A stretch of 64,000 nucleotides of DNA, from contig CM120640.1 of assembly GCA_051362555.1 (NCBI GenBank), forward strand, positions 51,376,788 to 51,440,787. The letters run 5' to 3'. A model generated the notes under the pieces. It ran no database searches, had not been told where the DNA came from, and was given only the letters and a program-made list of their open reading frames with translations. How positions within the stretch are numbered: the stretch's first letter is position 1; each line of letters begins with the position of its first letter. Below, one piece after another: positions 28,170-41,156 of the stretch. Source of the stretch: Lingula anatina (taxonomy: Eukaryota > Animalia > Brachiopoda). The translations under genes were made by a program, and so were the position numbers.

Positions 28170-29887
28170 CATCCTAAAGATGGTGCAACAGTTGTGGAAT
28201 TATTTTATTATTAAAAAAACATACTAACATACGAAATTCATTCGGTAGAGTTATTTCAAAACTTTGAAAAATCATTAAAATTCAATATAAGATAGTATTG
28301 CTTTACTGGGTATTAAATAACAGTTGTCCATTGTAAAATAGAAATGTGGCGGCTGTAGGGCAACAATTAAATGGCGCCTGTACAAAACGTCCCCTGTGAC
28401 ATCTTAATGGTAGTGAGGAATGCAGGAGACTTAAATGTGAATTCATCTCTATAAATAGTAAAATTTTAACATACAACATTGACACATCTCAGCAATCCCG
28501 TATAGGTATAATGGCAAAGATCATGAGTGAATGAGCTAATTCGCCACACGATTGCCCACGTTCGATAACATTAGCATGCACGTTATATACATACCGACGG
28601 TGGCATCTTGGCTGTTTGACAAGCCTATGGCATATCCGATAAGAATGGCGTAATAGAGGATTTCTTCCACACTCATCTGTACATCTAGACGACGGAGCTG
28701 TAACCAAGTGTTAGAATGATGAAATATGACTTCGTTTTATGTATATGTTTGATATTCATATCACAGTTTCACCGGTTTCAGAAACAAAAACAATAGTCCC
28801 AAACTGTAAGCATGTGATCTCAGTGCTTCTGGGTCTGTATTTTTTTTTCAGAATCTTTTAATAATACTCAGCTCCAAACTCAATATGGTCGTATCACAAT
28901 GCTGCAATATATCAAGCTTATATGCAGTAGATGAAGGGCATAGACACTTGCAAATCGATTAAAAATTCAAGCAAACAAGCAACCAAATGTATAATTACTA
29001 ATTATGAAGAAAACAGAAGTGGGTATAAAATGTGCTTTAAGGGAAAAATGAACGCGCAATGTTAATATTCGAAGAAAACAATTAATTTGAATAAAAAATA
29101 GTTTACTGATGAGAATATCATATTTCTTACACTAAAAAAGTCAATTTTCATTCACGAATGGATGACAGTACATAGACGATAACACTCCACATCTGGTTTG
29201 CTTCAATAGCAATCGACCGATTATTTGGTGAATTCTTAAGTCACTACTTTATTTTTTTCCTCAAAAACTTCAAGATTTTCTCAAAAGCAATAAATAATTA
29301 GAATAAGATCTCCATAAATACAATGAAAAAAATGCCATCTAAATATTCTGTGAGATGACGTTAACAAACATTCATGTGTTAGTTGACTGCGCACACAATT
29401 TAGTTTCGAACATAATTAGAAAAGAATTGCAATGAAAAAGGCGAAACATGGAGCCATTCGGCGTAATGTCGTTATTTAATGTACAATTAACAAATTCAGT
29501 AAGCAGTTCTTCGTTAAAAAGTCGGTTTTAAACACCTGTTAGTAAGTCTAGACGGGTTTGGAAATCTGTTGGTTAAGCATTGGATGCTTCGGTGTACTGT
29601 TAATAAAGTCTAAAAGCATTGAAATCTCCTCCACGCACATCCTGAAGTATGACGAATGTCAAAATACTGAGTCATACGCGAGGGGTTTAGTATCCTCCAG
29701 AGAAAGTGCATTGGGTAGCTCTCGTGTTGGGGCACATCAGAATGCATGTGCCCGCTGTCCGTCATCAACAACACGCCTATTACTTGTGAAATAGTCGTTC
29801 CAGATAAAGAAATACAGTTTAATATATCTAGCATAAATATCCTGCATGTCTGGTCAATAAACCTGTTTCTCTCTAAGGCCTTATGAA

Positions 29888-32677
29888 TTATTTGAAGCTG
29901 ATTTCAAGCTGGAATTGAAAAAGAGACAGAGAATTTTACATCACGCACTGTATTTGATATCTTAAAAAAACGAGAAACATTTAGTTTCAGCTGAAATGTG
30001 ACATTAAAGATAGTAAATGGTCTATAAGGATGCTCACCTGGTCCACATTTCCAGTGAGAGAAGATGTAGGTCCCCCTTGCTGAGTATCTTGATAACAGTT
30101 CAAGCCAACGACCCATGCGGCCTCATTGCTCAACAAATCACCTAGAGTTATGCGATATTTTTTGCAATCAAACTTCACTATGTAACCGAGCATCGTGGCA
30201 AACAAAATGAACAGCAGCAGAAAAAGTCAGGATTCGAAAATTAGAACACTTGCCCCAAACAATTTTCAGAAAACACCGTTGTTTTCCTAAATCTTTAAAC
30301 GTCATGTAAGTGTAAAACATAGATTAATAAATTAAAAATTGGTAAATAAATAATAAATATTAAATATTTTAAAGAAAACAAAAGGAGGAACATTATTACA
30401 TGTGTATATTTATTTCAGCGAATGGTTATTCAGTAATTAAACTTACCGTCTGCAGGGACCTCAGCGGCCAAAGAATTGTCAAGGACCAGTGAAAGGATGG
30501 CGCCATTGTAAGAGGCACGTACGTGGTGCCACTCACCCTGGTAAGCTCCGCCCTGAAGCCAACAGAAAACGTTGCATTGAAGCAGCCAATATCCCACTTC
30601 AAACACACTAATTTAGGGTATTCCACACAGAGAAGCATTGAACTTCAAATATGTACTCATGTTATTTGTTATTGAATCATATAATATATTTTTACTGTTG
30701 GTCAAAAGTGTTCAGACTTACCAACTGTCCGCTTGCTGAGAAAGTCCCGTTGTCTGTCACAATGGTTACAACTACCTCTCCACCCTGCACGCTCAACTCA
30801 AAGGTAGGTGCGATGTGACACTTGGCATTGTTGACCAAAGCCACTTTTCTTTGATTACTGACCATGGGATCCACATAGAACCACAGAGCTACACTAAATG
30901 GTGCCCTAGGGCTGTTTTGTTTGAAAAGGGGAAACTCAATGTGTCCTGAAAAAGTCGGTTCATTGTTGTTCGGTCAAAACATCAACGTAAGGTGCCATGA
31001 TTTTTTACATACAGATTTGAGACATAATATAGAGTATTAGGTATCAAGTGATATGAAATGAAAAAAACTAATACGGTCATCTATCTAATGTTCAACAGTC
31101 CTTAATATTAGATTATTTACGCGATAACGCGAACAACATGCTTTAACAGTGTTGTCAAAATTTAAAAAGTTGACAGAACCATCATTTACCCATGCCATCA
31201 AGGTACACGGACTGGTCTCCAACCCGGGACTCGTTGACGAAGTACACGTTGCGACGAGAGTTTGGTACAGAGAACGCAATGTTGCCTGCAGCATAGAAGC
31301 TGCCCTCGAAGCCGAAATAGACGCCATCATATTCTTAAAAGAACCGAAAATAAGCAATTTGGCATGTGCCATGACGTGTTAACCCAAATATTTGGTCTTC
31401 TTGTTATATAGCCCGAATTTAATTCTTTTTGGCTCTATTTGTCTAAGGTTATTTGGATTAATTTTTTTTCTTAATTTTATATAAATGTTTGAGTTACTTT
31501 TCAAAAAATACGTACCAGGGGCATTGCATCTGCAAAGCGACAGGCTGAAGTTGTAAGGCTCACAGGACATTGGACCAAGAGGATCGTGGTTGGGATAATT
31601 TATAAAGAATTTGCTTGCCTCACCAATTACTGAGGACTTCATCAAACCGGCATCGTCAGTGCAGTTTTCTGTAAGTGAAATGGATGCACTCAATCAATGT
31701 ATATCTGTTTTTCGTGGCTGGCAAAGTTTTACTATCTTTGGAATTTCAAAATCTTTATACATTATTAATGCAGATAAAAAGGTTAGCAAAAATTTAACCA
31801 AAAGATTATTTGTAGGAGAATCGTGTTTATCATGTGTCTAGTGAGAATATACATTTTATCTTCTTAACCCCAACAATTGAAAGCCAGTTAAAAAGAGATG
31901 TTAAAAATGATAATACTCACGGTCTGGCTGTTCCACTGGAGGCAGAGGAGGCAGCGTTGTACCGTCTACGTCTAAAATGATAATGGAAGTGAAGTTTCAG
32001 TACATCATAAACGTCATTATCAATTTTCTTACACAGATAATAAAAACCGTTCATATTTTTTATAATCTCCACAATATTGTTAAGTGTATTATCATATGGA
32101 ATGCGGTCCAATATGCTTACATCCGTCGCACTGGTCAGAGCCAAGGGGAGGTTTCGGACCAGAGTTTTCGCAAGTTACTGCCTCGTCGTCGCACCGGCTA
32201 CAGGCCTGAACTTTCTGGTTCCATAGAGTACCAGGTGCACAGGCTCTCGTGAAAACACTGTACATCCAACCATCGTCACCTCTCTCACTGCGCCTAATGC
32301 AGACCCAGTATCCGCCACAGTCGTTAGGATCGTAAGTGTAGCCAACGGCACCATTCTCTGTCAAAGGACCGCCATCCACCACGCACGTCCCACACTGCTC
32401 TATTGAAAAAGTGAACCGATGATGAACAATACTCATTTAAAGAACAATGCGCTTTGTAAAATAAACTCTGCTTAAAATGGTAGAAGCATCAATCGAGAGA
32501 GGTCAGATCATTTACAAATGATCAGTTTTCTTCTTCTCTTCACAGTGTACTTACTCAGTTATGTGTGGGGCCTAACATTTGAATTTAACTGTCAAATATC
32601 AAAATGATGAACTCACCATCAACATTCTGGGCTGCTGCAAGTGCCACTAGGGCAAGGCACAACACCTGTTTCAACAT
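29888..32677 (-). CDS. Pif/LamG3-like secreted matrix protein A2 (no VWA), ~380 aa
   Basis: Exons 32677-32617, 32399-32121, 31971-31921, 31668-31516, 31333-31190, 30945-30722, 30552-30447, 30141-30038 and 29908-29888. Exon sizes match A1. A TAA at 29888-29890 ends the protein 5 codons before the A1-equivalent TAG at 29873. Confidence 0.85.
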
Positions 32678-35600
32678 TGAGTGGCTTCTGAAAAAAGGAA
32701 AAATGCGTTAACAGATTCACAAATTGAATATGACAATTGCTTTATTTTGATTCTCAGCTATTCACCAAAATTTAATGTAAAAATGTTATTGAAAAATAGT
32801 TTAAGAATTTTTTACTTCCTTTTAAAGGGAAGTAAATAAAAGAAATAGATTCATCACAGGGCAATCACATTCGTCCTTCATTAAAATGTTAATTTGATCA
32901 GTATGCTAATTGAAGTTTAATCAATATATTTAATATTTTAATATTTTGACTAAAAAACAGAAAGGTCTTAAAGACAAGCGAGGAATGTCATTTTTCCTAT
33001 ACCACACGTAAGAACTAATTGTGCAAACAGTATTATTATTTATATATATCTGGGTAAAACTGAAAAAGGATGTATCGCACAGACACAGATAATATATTTT
33101 CAGAATTGTCATCAAAAACAACATCATTTGCTATGGACAGAATTTCAAGGAATCAATTCATACATGTATTTCTTGCTGAGAGGAGAGTATCATAATTTCA
33201 CTTGGAGTAATTGAATCAATTTTTTCAATCGCTAGCTGTCCGAATGTTGACTAATTTAATGCTGGCGTTTTCACTCTTTGTACTTAAAATCAAATAAGCT
33301 CAAAATACTATGATGAATAAGCAATTTAGGACTGATCTAAACAAATTTTTTTGTTTACATGAAATGGCCTATTCTGACATGAACATTAGGACGAAAGAAG
33401 TTATAGGCCTACGCACTTCACTCTCAAACATATCCCTCCATCTTTAACTGATTTCTTAAATAATAAAATAAAATGGTAACGTAAATGCGCCCACATGTTT
33501 GACCACATACCTGAGGGATATTGTGCTTGGTGAAAGTTCCTTCCAATCCTCTGAACTATCTTTTCTAATTACAGTCATTTAAGGTATAGATAAAGTACGA
33601 GGCGCTGAGCTTTACGAGAAGTAGAGCAGATAATTGGCGACACCTTAATGTGCCAATTATTGTGTCTAAATGTCATCTATGGTAACTGCTATGGGGTCTA
33701 TTATTCCATTAAAGATGATTAAAACATTACTTGAGGAAATGTGTCTTAAGACCATCAATGCATCTCTCCAAATTTTATAAACAATTCACTGCACTTTGTC
33801 CTTCCTCTGTGCCCCCCCCCCCCCCCACGTCTCATTCCTCTGTTCTACTTGAGATATGGAAAAATGTTTTTGTTCGTTCTCAGGTATCTAGTACCGTAAT
33901 CCGGAATTATGGGCTAAATTCGCCAAACAGGATACCTCTTTAAAGTAGTCCAGACTATAAAAAGGCAACTTAAAAGTAAAAAAAGTTAAAAAACAAAAAG
34001 TTATATCGCCTGCGGGGAAGTCATTAACAAACAAAAGTACGACTTAGTTATCGAGTAAGACTGTAACATCAATAAGCAGCCTTTTAACAACGTAAAACGT
34101 GTAATTTGAAGATGGCACTTTTTTGTTTTCTTTCCAAAATTCACTAAATGATTCTAAAGCAGTTCTGACAACCAGGAACATATCACAGCAGGGTTGAAAA
34201 GCAAAAGGAATGGCCGTGTTACTTTTGCCTTCGTTTTCGACACAGCATTTTTCAGGAATGGTTTTGGCGCTCTTTAAACGTGTGGAAAGCAATTCAAAAG
34301 AAAACTGAACTCACTGATGTCATGGTATTTGCTAATATGTCCAATGATTTATGTATATTCTGGTAGACATTGCACTGCTGTTATATGGAATTCACAAATA
34401 AAGCGTTTTAATAACGACAGTCATGTCTATCTGTCCCCAGAGGACTATCTGTCCCCATCGGGCCGTCTACCCCTAGACACTAATTGGTTACAGGAATTTT
34501 ACTCTATGACCTTTGAACCATTGCAGGACTCATAAGGTTAATGCTTTTCATTGGGTGACCAATGGCATGATTGCCAGCGACGCGTGTAGGTTCTCGTGCA
34601 TGCTTGCAACGCGTTTACGGTTCTCATTTTAATACTTTAAGTAGCCATGACTGCACTCTCCCAATAAAAATTTAATCTTTTACAATTGACTGCACTGCAT
34701 GGTATAATTTAGATATTGAATTCTAATTTTAGTGTACGGTTTAATCTTGCCAATTAAGTTAAATTAGGTAAAAAAAAAAACTCAAATAAATTTTCAAATA
34801 CCCAAGAACACGAAAGGGCCATCAATGTAAAGCTAAAACACATTTCATTTGACAAAACTGCTGAAACATTATTTCGACTATTGACCCTTTACGATGACCC
34901 GTGCCATTGTAGTTGAAACTATTTCACTGAAATTTTGACTTAAAATGCAAAGTACAGTAGATAACTCGCAATGGGGATATGTTTTTTCTTTGACAAATTA
35001 TAAGCCAGGGGGCACCACTTTGTCGTCTCTAACAGTGCTGCTGATGCCAATTATCTAGATTTAAATTAAAAAACTAGTGATGATGGAATACAAAAACCAT
35101 GCAATTGCTATTTTATCTAAAATTATATCGGTAGGTCACACTAAAAGTGTTAGATATCGAACATACATTAAAATTTCTCGTTTCATAACGAACGAAAACG
35201 CAATTGTAATGTTGATTTTGGGATTCAATTAAATCTCATATATTTCCAAACCGTACTTGTTTTCACTTTTTCAAAACGTTTGAAATGTCTTTCTAAACAA
35301 ACGCCCACACCAAAAGTTTTTTTTTGTTTGTTTACAATGTATTTATTTTAGAATTTTGAATCTAATTTGACAAGTTATCTCTTTAAGTGTATCAACAGAA
35401 AATGGTCTTGCATGCATAAAAAATCTGGTAGTGCCAGTAACAATTTAAAACCGAAGGGCAGTCATTATGTTGACATAAAGGTACAAACCACACATTTCAG
35501 TCTTTATTCAGTCATTTATTTCGTCTTTATTTGATCAAAACAAGCGTGACAACATTTTATACCTAATTAACATACCGCTAACTTCTACACGGTAGTGAAA

Positions 35601-36012
35601 TGACAGAATGTGTTCATTTTCATTTAATTACTGAAATCAGAATCTCAATTAAACCTGCTTAGTAGACGCCGGGCACTTGTTTGTGCATATATCACCATAT
35701 AAAACACATTTTCAAATATCATCCAGGGTGCCGATACGAGACGCAACGTTTGAAGAACAAAATTGAGAAGGACCGCCCTGTATCCTAATATATATTTGCC
35801 TCCAGACAGTTGACACGTTGTTGTACGTATAATGCGTTTATACCTCTGTTGTTTTAAATATGCTTTGGTTGGAAAGTTTTTATAGGATGTATATGTCACT
35901 GATCTGATGAATGGAAGAACTTAGTTTGGGGTAATGTTCAACGTGAATTGGGATGGACTGAGTTATCCTTGTCAGCTGTCAATCATTCTCAAGTGGGCTC
36001 TGGTCTTGGCCC

Positions 36013-36178
36013 TTATTGTGAACATAATTCCCCAATCTCCTCGGCTGAGAGTACTCTGTTATAAAATGACACCTGAAATAATAAATACTTTAATTTATGA
36101 AAGGAGAAACATATTGTTTCACCACAACCATAATTATCTTGGTAACTTCTATCATGTTTACGAATCTTTTACACTTGG

Positions 36179-36244
<66 letters not shown>

Positions 36245-36902
36245 TTTCTGCATACCTCGTCAAATCGTCCTTCGAAACTTGGGTCATAATCGTCGTACAG
36301 ATACTCGTCCTCATAATAGTAACTGTTTCCTAGAATCCAGGCGGATTCTGTTGCAACAATATCACCTAAGAGAGGAAAAAGAGGCTTAATGATTTACAGT
36401 ATATGGGATATAAGACTGAAACTGCGGGTCACTGAAAGTATAACATTAAGCCGTGTCATTTGCTATTTACATAGTATTCTCACACAGTTTCATTTACAAA
36501 GAGATAATAAAAATATAAGAAAAATGAAGTAAAATTATTTACATGTTGTGACGAATGTGAACTACTTAAATATATAAGTATGCTATGAACGCAAAACTGC
36601 CAAAATTCATTCACTACAGATTCTATTGTGCATTGGGTACACTCTATCATTTAGAAGAAGTAGTAACATTATCTGTTTTCCTCTTACCAGATGCCTCTAC
36701 AGCTTCAGATTCTTCGCCCTCTAAATACAACGCCATGTAATCTCCATCGTATGTCACGGCAACACACACCCAGGCGCCTTGTCCCCCACCTTCCTGAAAC
36801 AAATCAGTTTATAACACACCACTTAGTAACTTATAATAAAGCAAAAATGTCTCTTGTGTCTTAGTGAAACGATGTGTGGATATGTGCGCGCACCTGTATG
36901 CT

Positions 36903-36965
<63 letters not shown>

Positions 36966-39900
36966 GATAAAAACGTACCACATACTGTGGTGGTATATCG
37001 TAAAATCCGTCCTCTGTCTCCATATAAACCCCAACTCCACCTTCTTCGAAATAGATTTCAACAGTCGGTAAGATGTCGCACTTGCCGTTGTTGAGTAGTG
37101 CAATACTCCTTCCCTCTGTGTTCACATCCTCATCCAGCCAGTAGAAGAAATGAATGGTGAATGGATAGTCAGGGGGGTTGTTCTTGAAATAAGGGATTTC
37201 AACATGACCTGAAGAGGATAAATCAAGAAAACTCAATGCATTACACTTAAGCCTTTTATACCCCCCTCTCTCTATCATCCACATTGGTTCTTGCTTTTTC
37301 CAAAGGCAATAAATAGCATCTTACCGAACTCATCGATACACAGAGCACCATCCCCCACCCTGGCCATATCGGGAACTTCAATAGTATTCTCACACAGTGA
37401 AGCATGGGCAACATCATTTGGCTCAGAATACGCGGTCTTCCCTATTGAAGCATAATCGTCCTCATATTGAAAAATGATGGAGCTAAACACTGAAAGAAAG
37501 GAAAGTAAATGAAACATAATCCATTGAATAACACTTGACAGGTATACATATTTTGCCATTTTAGGCAACGAGTCACATATCACAATCTGTTGTTCCAAAC
37601 TTATTTCCATGTTGTTATTGATACAACTATAATCCTCAAAGGCAATACTACATTTTCTGACACATTTAGTTCCAAAATCGAAACTTGCACTTCCCCTTAA
37701 AAACAGAAGACAGGTCATACCAGGGGCTTCACATCCACAGCGGCTTAGGCTAAATCTGTGTGGAAAACAGGACACCGGCCCTACAGGGGCCCGTGGATAT
37801 TGTAATATGTAATATATCTGTTCATCTTCAACAACAGATGTAAGGGTGTTTCCAACAGAGTCGGTGCAACTTTCTGGAAACGTTAAAGACAGTGTGTTAA
37901 GGGTTTTTTTTTAAAGAATGGTGAAAGAATAAAACAAATGGACACAAAAACAAATAAAAGTTACTTTCAACAAAATAAGAAAAGTAAGAAAATAAATTAA
38001 GTAAGTAAATAAATAAGAACACAAATTCTGCATGGGAATTTATGTCCACACTTCCATAATTCCGTAATTCAGAACTGGCCATTGGCAACTCACAATACGA
38101 TAGTGAAATATTTTCAAACTAATACACAAAAATCAAATTGTACTGGTTGGGAAGTGACTGTGCCTTACCACCCCACGTGTACATAGATTTTGTGGGCCTT
38201 AGTCCAGTCTGATGGTCGGCTAAAACAAAATAGAGGAAAGAACAATTAAATGTCAGTTAGCAAGAGTTCCAATTTTGGCTGTTGCTTGACTGAAATAAAA
38301 AAGGACATGAAATTACCATTAACTCCTTGTCTGTCTTCTGCTCTGTCCTCATTTGTGTATATTAAAAAACTATTTTTTATACTAAGTTTTAGATCCATGG
38401 GACTAATTTTTACGTTTACTGATAATTAACCAGTCATACTAAAATCGCTTTTAGAAATGCAAAGGTTTATTCTTGATTATAATCAACAAAAACACTCACG
38501 AAAAGGACAATGCGAGGAACCCATCGGTGGCTTGGGTGCGGTGCCTTTGCAAACAGCTTGAGGATCGTCACAGCGGATGCAAGCTTGGCTATCTTGATCC
38601 CAAACGGTTCCAATGGAACAGTTGCGAACAATGACAGTATACATCCAGCCGTCCAGGCCCCTGTTGGGCCGTCTCTCACACATCCAGTATGATGTACAGC
38701 TGTACGGATCGAATATGTATCCAACGGCTCCATTTTCTGTTAGAGGACCACCATTGACAACACACTTGCCGCAAAAATCTGAATAAAACACTTTTGTAAT
38801 CATCTTTTTTTCAACATTACAAATGTTTCCAGTCAAAATTATCACATATTTAATATTGTTCAATTTTGACACGAATTCAATTATACTGAAATACGACTGG
38901 GTATTGATTTCATACTTAACCATTTACGTTTTAACATATACCGGAGATAAGTGATATAAATTAGCGGTTATTACACTTGCTTAGTGAATCTGACCCTCTG
39001 TGGTCTGAGTGAACTCACCATCTATATGGACAGCTAGAGGAGGCACGTAAGCTGTTGTTGTTCCCGGGCCAACTGTAGCTTGCCCTGGTATAGCTAAACT
39101 AAGTCCCGGTGTCTCTTTGCTGGTACAGATGGCAGCCAAAAGTTTGTTTCTAAGTCCAAGTAGCTGGCTTGAACTGTCCACCGTGAAGAGAGTGTCCTTA
39201 TCAGAAGCGATTGCTGACAGTTCCTGTTTATCCAGCTAGAAAGGAGAAACAAGTGAGATGATTCAATGAACAATGTACCGATTTTAAAAGAAAAAAATAC
39301 AACTCCCCATCCCCAGAAAGTATATATATTGGGTGGGTGGGTATAATATTTTGTATGTTTTGGCTTTTAAAGTTTCCCTTTTTGAATATTTTGAGGGAGG
39401 ATTTAGTATGCTCACCAAGAATCTATTATAAGATAAATGCCACTGTGAATTTTGACAAGTAAACTAAAAGTTACATTGGGGTACGTTTATTGTGATAGAT
39501 GGCGATACAAAAATACACGTAACCATTAAAAAATCAAAGAACTCTCATGGTAAAGGGTCATACCTTATTGCCGATTCCGACTGCATAGATGATTGCACCG
39601 TCATTCTTAAGTTGGCGAGCGCCCGTCAAAGTTCTGTCTGGAAATCTGGATTGCTCACCCGTCAAAAGGACAATAACGTTGGTGACGTTCCGTCTATCTC
39701 CCGAGCCTCGCTGGAATACCTGGGCCCTGGTTCGTAAGAAAGCCATGTGCGTTGCTGCATTGCCTTTCTTGAAAGGTACTGCCTTGACTGCTTTAAGCAG
39801 CCCTTGGACATCTTGGTATCTGTTCAACGGGAACCGTAGCTCAGAGGAAGATGAAAATGTCACCAGTCCAACCCTCACCAAATCAGGGGATATATCGAAC

Positions 39901-41156
39901 CCTACTATAAGCTGCTGCACGAAATTTAGTTCTTGTCGAAATCCACTGTTCCCCAGACTGTTTGAGGAATGTACAAGAAATACGATGTCGGCTTCCCCCG
40001 TGCACCCTGAGCACAAAATTAATTTATGCAGAAGTATTAATATTTTTTAGAATCATTGGCGTTCACAATGCCAATGTCATTATTTTAGTTTCATTTGCAA
40101 ATAAAGATAGCAACCTTTTCATTCTTAAATACATGTATATGTTTGGGCTATTGTACTTCCAATTAGCTCGATTTTAGTGGCATCGTATCCAATAAGAAGT
40201 TATAGTTATCAACTTTACATAAAGGGTATCAGGACACACACATCCTTTGACAATTCCCCCTGGACAACCCCGCATCCCCCAGACAATTCCCCTCGCCTAT
40301 AATGAATATAATAATGTGAATGATAATTGTGATAATAAGTAAAAAAAATGTGCGCATTAAAAAAAAGTGTCTCTAGTTAAAGTGGGTTAAACACATACTC
40401 TCACTCATCTAGGTGTTCCTTTCCGGAAGTAACTGTCACTTTTAATTGTTTTATCATTCCCCCTTAATCAAATTGCCTGTCCTTGGCCAAGGCGAGGAAA
40501 TGTCTGGGGGAAATTGTCTTGGGGGGGGGAGGGTGGACTGTTCGGGTGAGGGTGTCTGGGGTGGTTGTGGATTGTCCTACAATCATCCTAAAGATGGTGC
40601 AACAGTTGTGGAAAAAAAGAATCGTTGTTTAGGAACACAGTTTATGCATTATTTCTGTGGAAATAAACATACGCCTGTGATTCAAATAATTAAAAACATA
40701 CTAAATTCATTCTGTAGGGTTATTTTAAAACTTGGAAAAATAATTGAAATTCAATATAAGATAGTATTGCTACACTGGGTATTAAATAACAGTTGTCTAA
40801 TGTAAAGTAGAAATGTGGAGGCTGTAGAGCAACAATTAAATGGCGCCTGTTCAAAATGTCCCCTGTCACATATTAATGGGAGTGAGGAATGCAGGAGACC
40901 TAAATGTGAATGCATCTCTATAAATGGTAAAATCATACTTTGCTTATTTTCACATGCAAAATTGACACATCTCAGCAATCCCGTATAGGTATAATGGCAA
41001 AGATCATTAGTGAATAAACTAATTCGCCACACAATTGCCCATGTTCGATAACATTAGCATGCACGCTATACACATACCGACGGTGGCATCTTGGCTGTTT
41101 GACAAGCCTATGGCACATCCGATAAGTATGGCGTAAAGGATTTCTTCCACACTCAT
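36013..41156 (-). CDS. Pif-like protein B2 (signal peptide, VWA with degenerate MIDAS, short linker, CBM14, reduced Cys module, LamG), ~630 aa
   Basis: Exons 41156-41078 (MSVEEILYAILIGCAIGLSNSQDATV), 40006-39564, 39235-39019, 38778-38500, 38219-38169, 37873-37721, 37489-37325, 37208-36979, 36793-36688, 36365-36256 and 36072-36013. All splice sites are canonical and the frame is continuous. Confidence 0.88.
40224..40584. mobile_element. Foldback/MITE-like element in a B2 intron
   Basis: GACAATTCCCC repeats (40249-40272, 40282-40292) are mirrored by GGGGGAAATTGTC (40506-40518) and a G-rich tract. The imperfect ends are AGGACA...TGTCCT. Confidence 0.45.

Larger units (their letters stand above)
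23626..28676 (-). pseudogene. Pif-like VWA-CBM14-LamG pseudogene B1 (disabled copy of B2)
   Basis: Lesions relative to B2: a 23-bp deletion in the VWA exon at 27521/27522, donor GT>GA at 27144, a +1 insertion at ~26563, TGG>TAG at 26175-26177, an 81-bp deletion at 25413-25416 that removes an acceptor and half an exon, and +1 G in the run at 24787-24793. Confidence 0.92.
16082..29412. repeat. Tandem segmental duplication, unit 1 (genes A1 + B1)
   Basis: Collinear with 29410-41873 across exons, introns and intergenic DNA. It begins ACATAATTAGAAAAGAATTGC at 16082, which recurs at 29410. Confidence 0.95.

Noticed and set aside
39589-40050. Long plus-strand ORFs opposite exons (also 13041-13421, 49544-49909, 53689-54105, 57136-57624)
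   Set aside because: Antisense shadows of real minus-strand exons with no independent motif.
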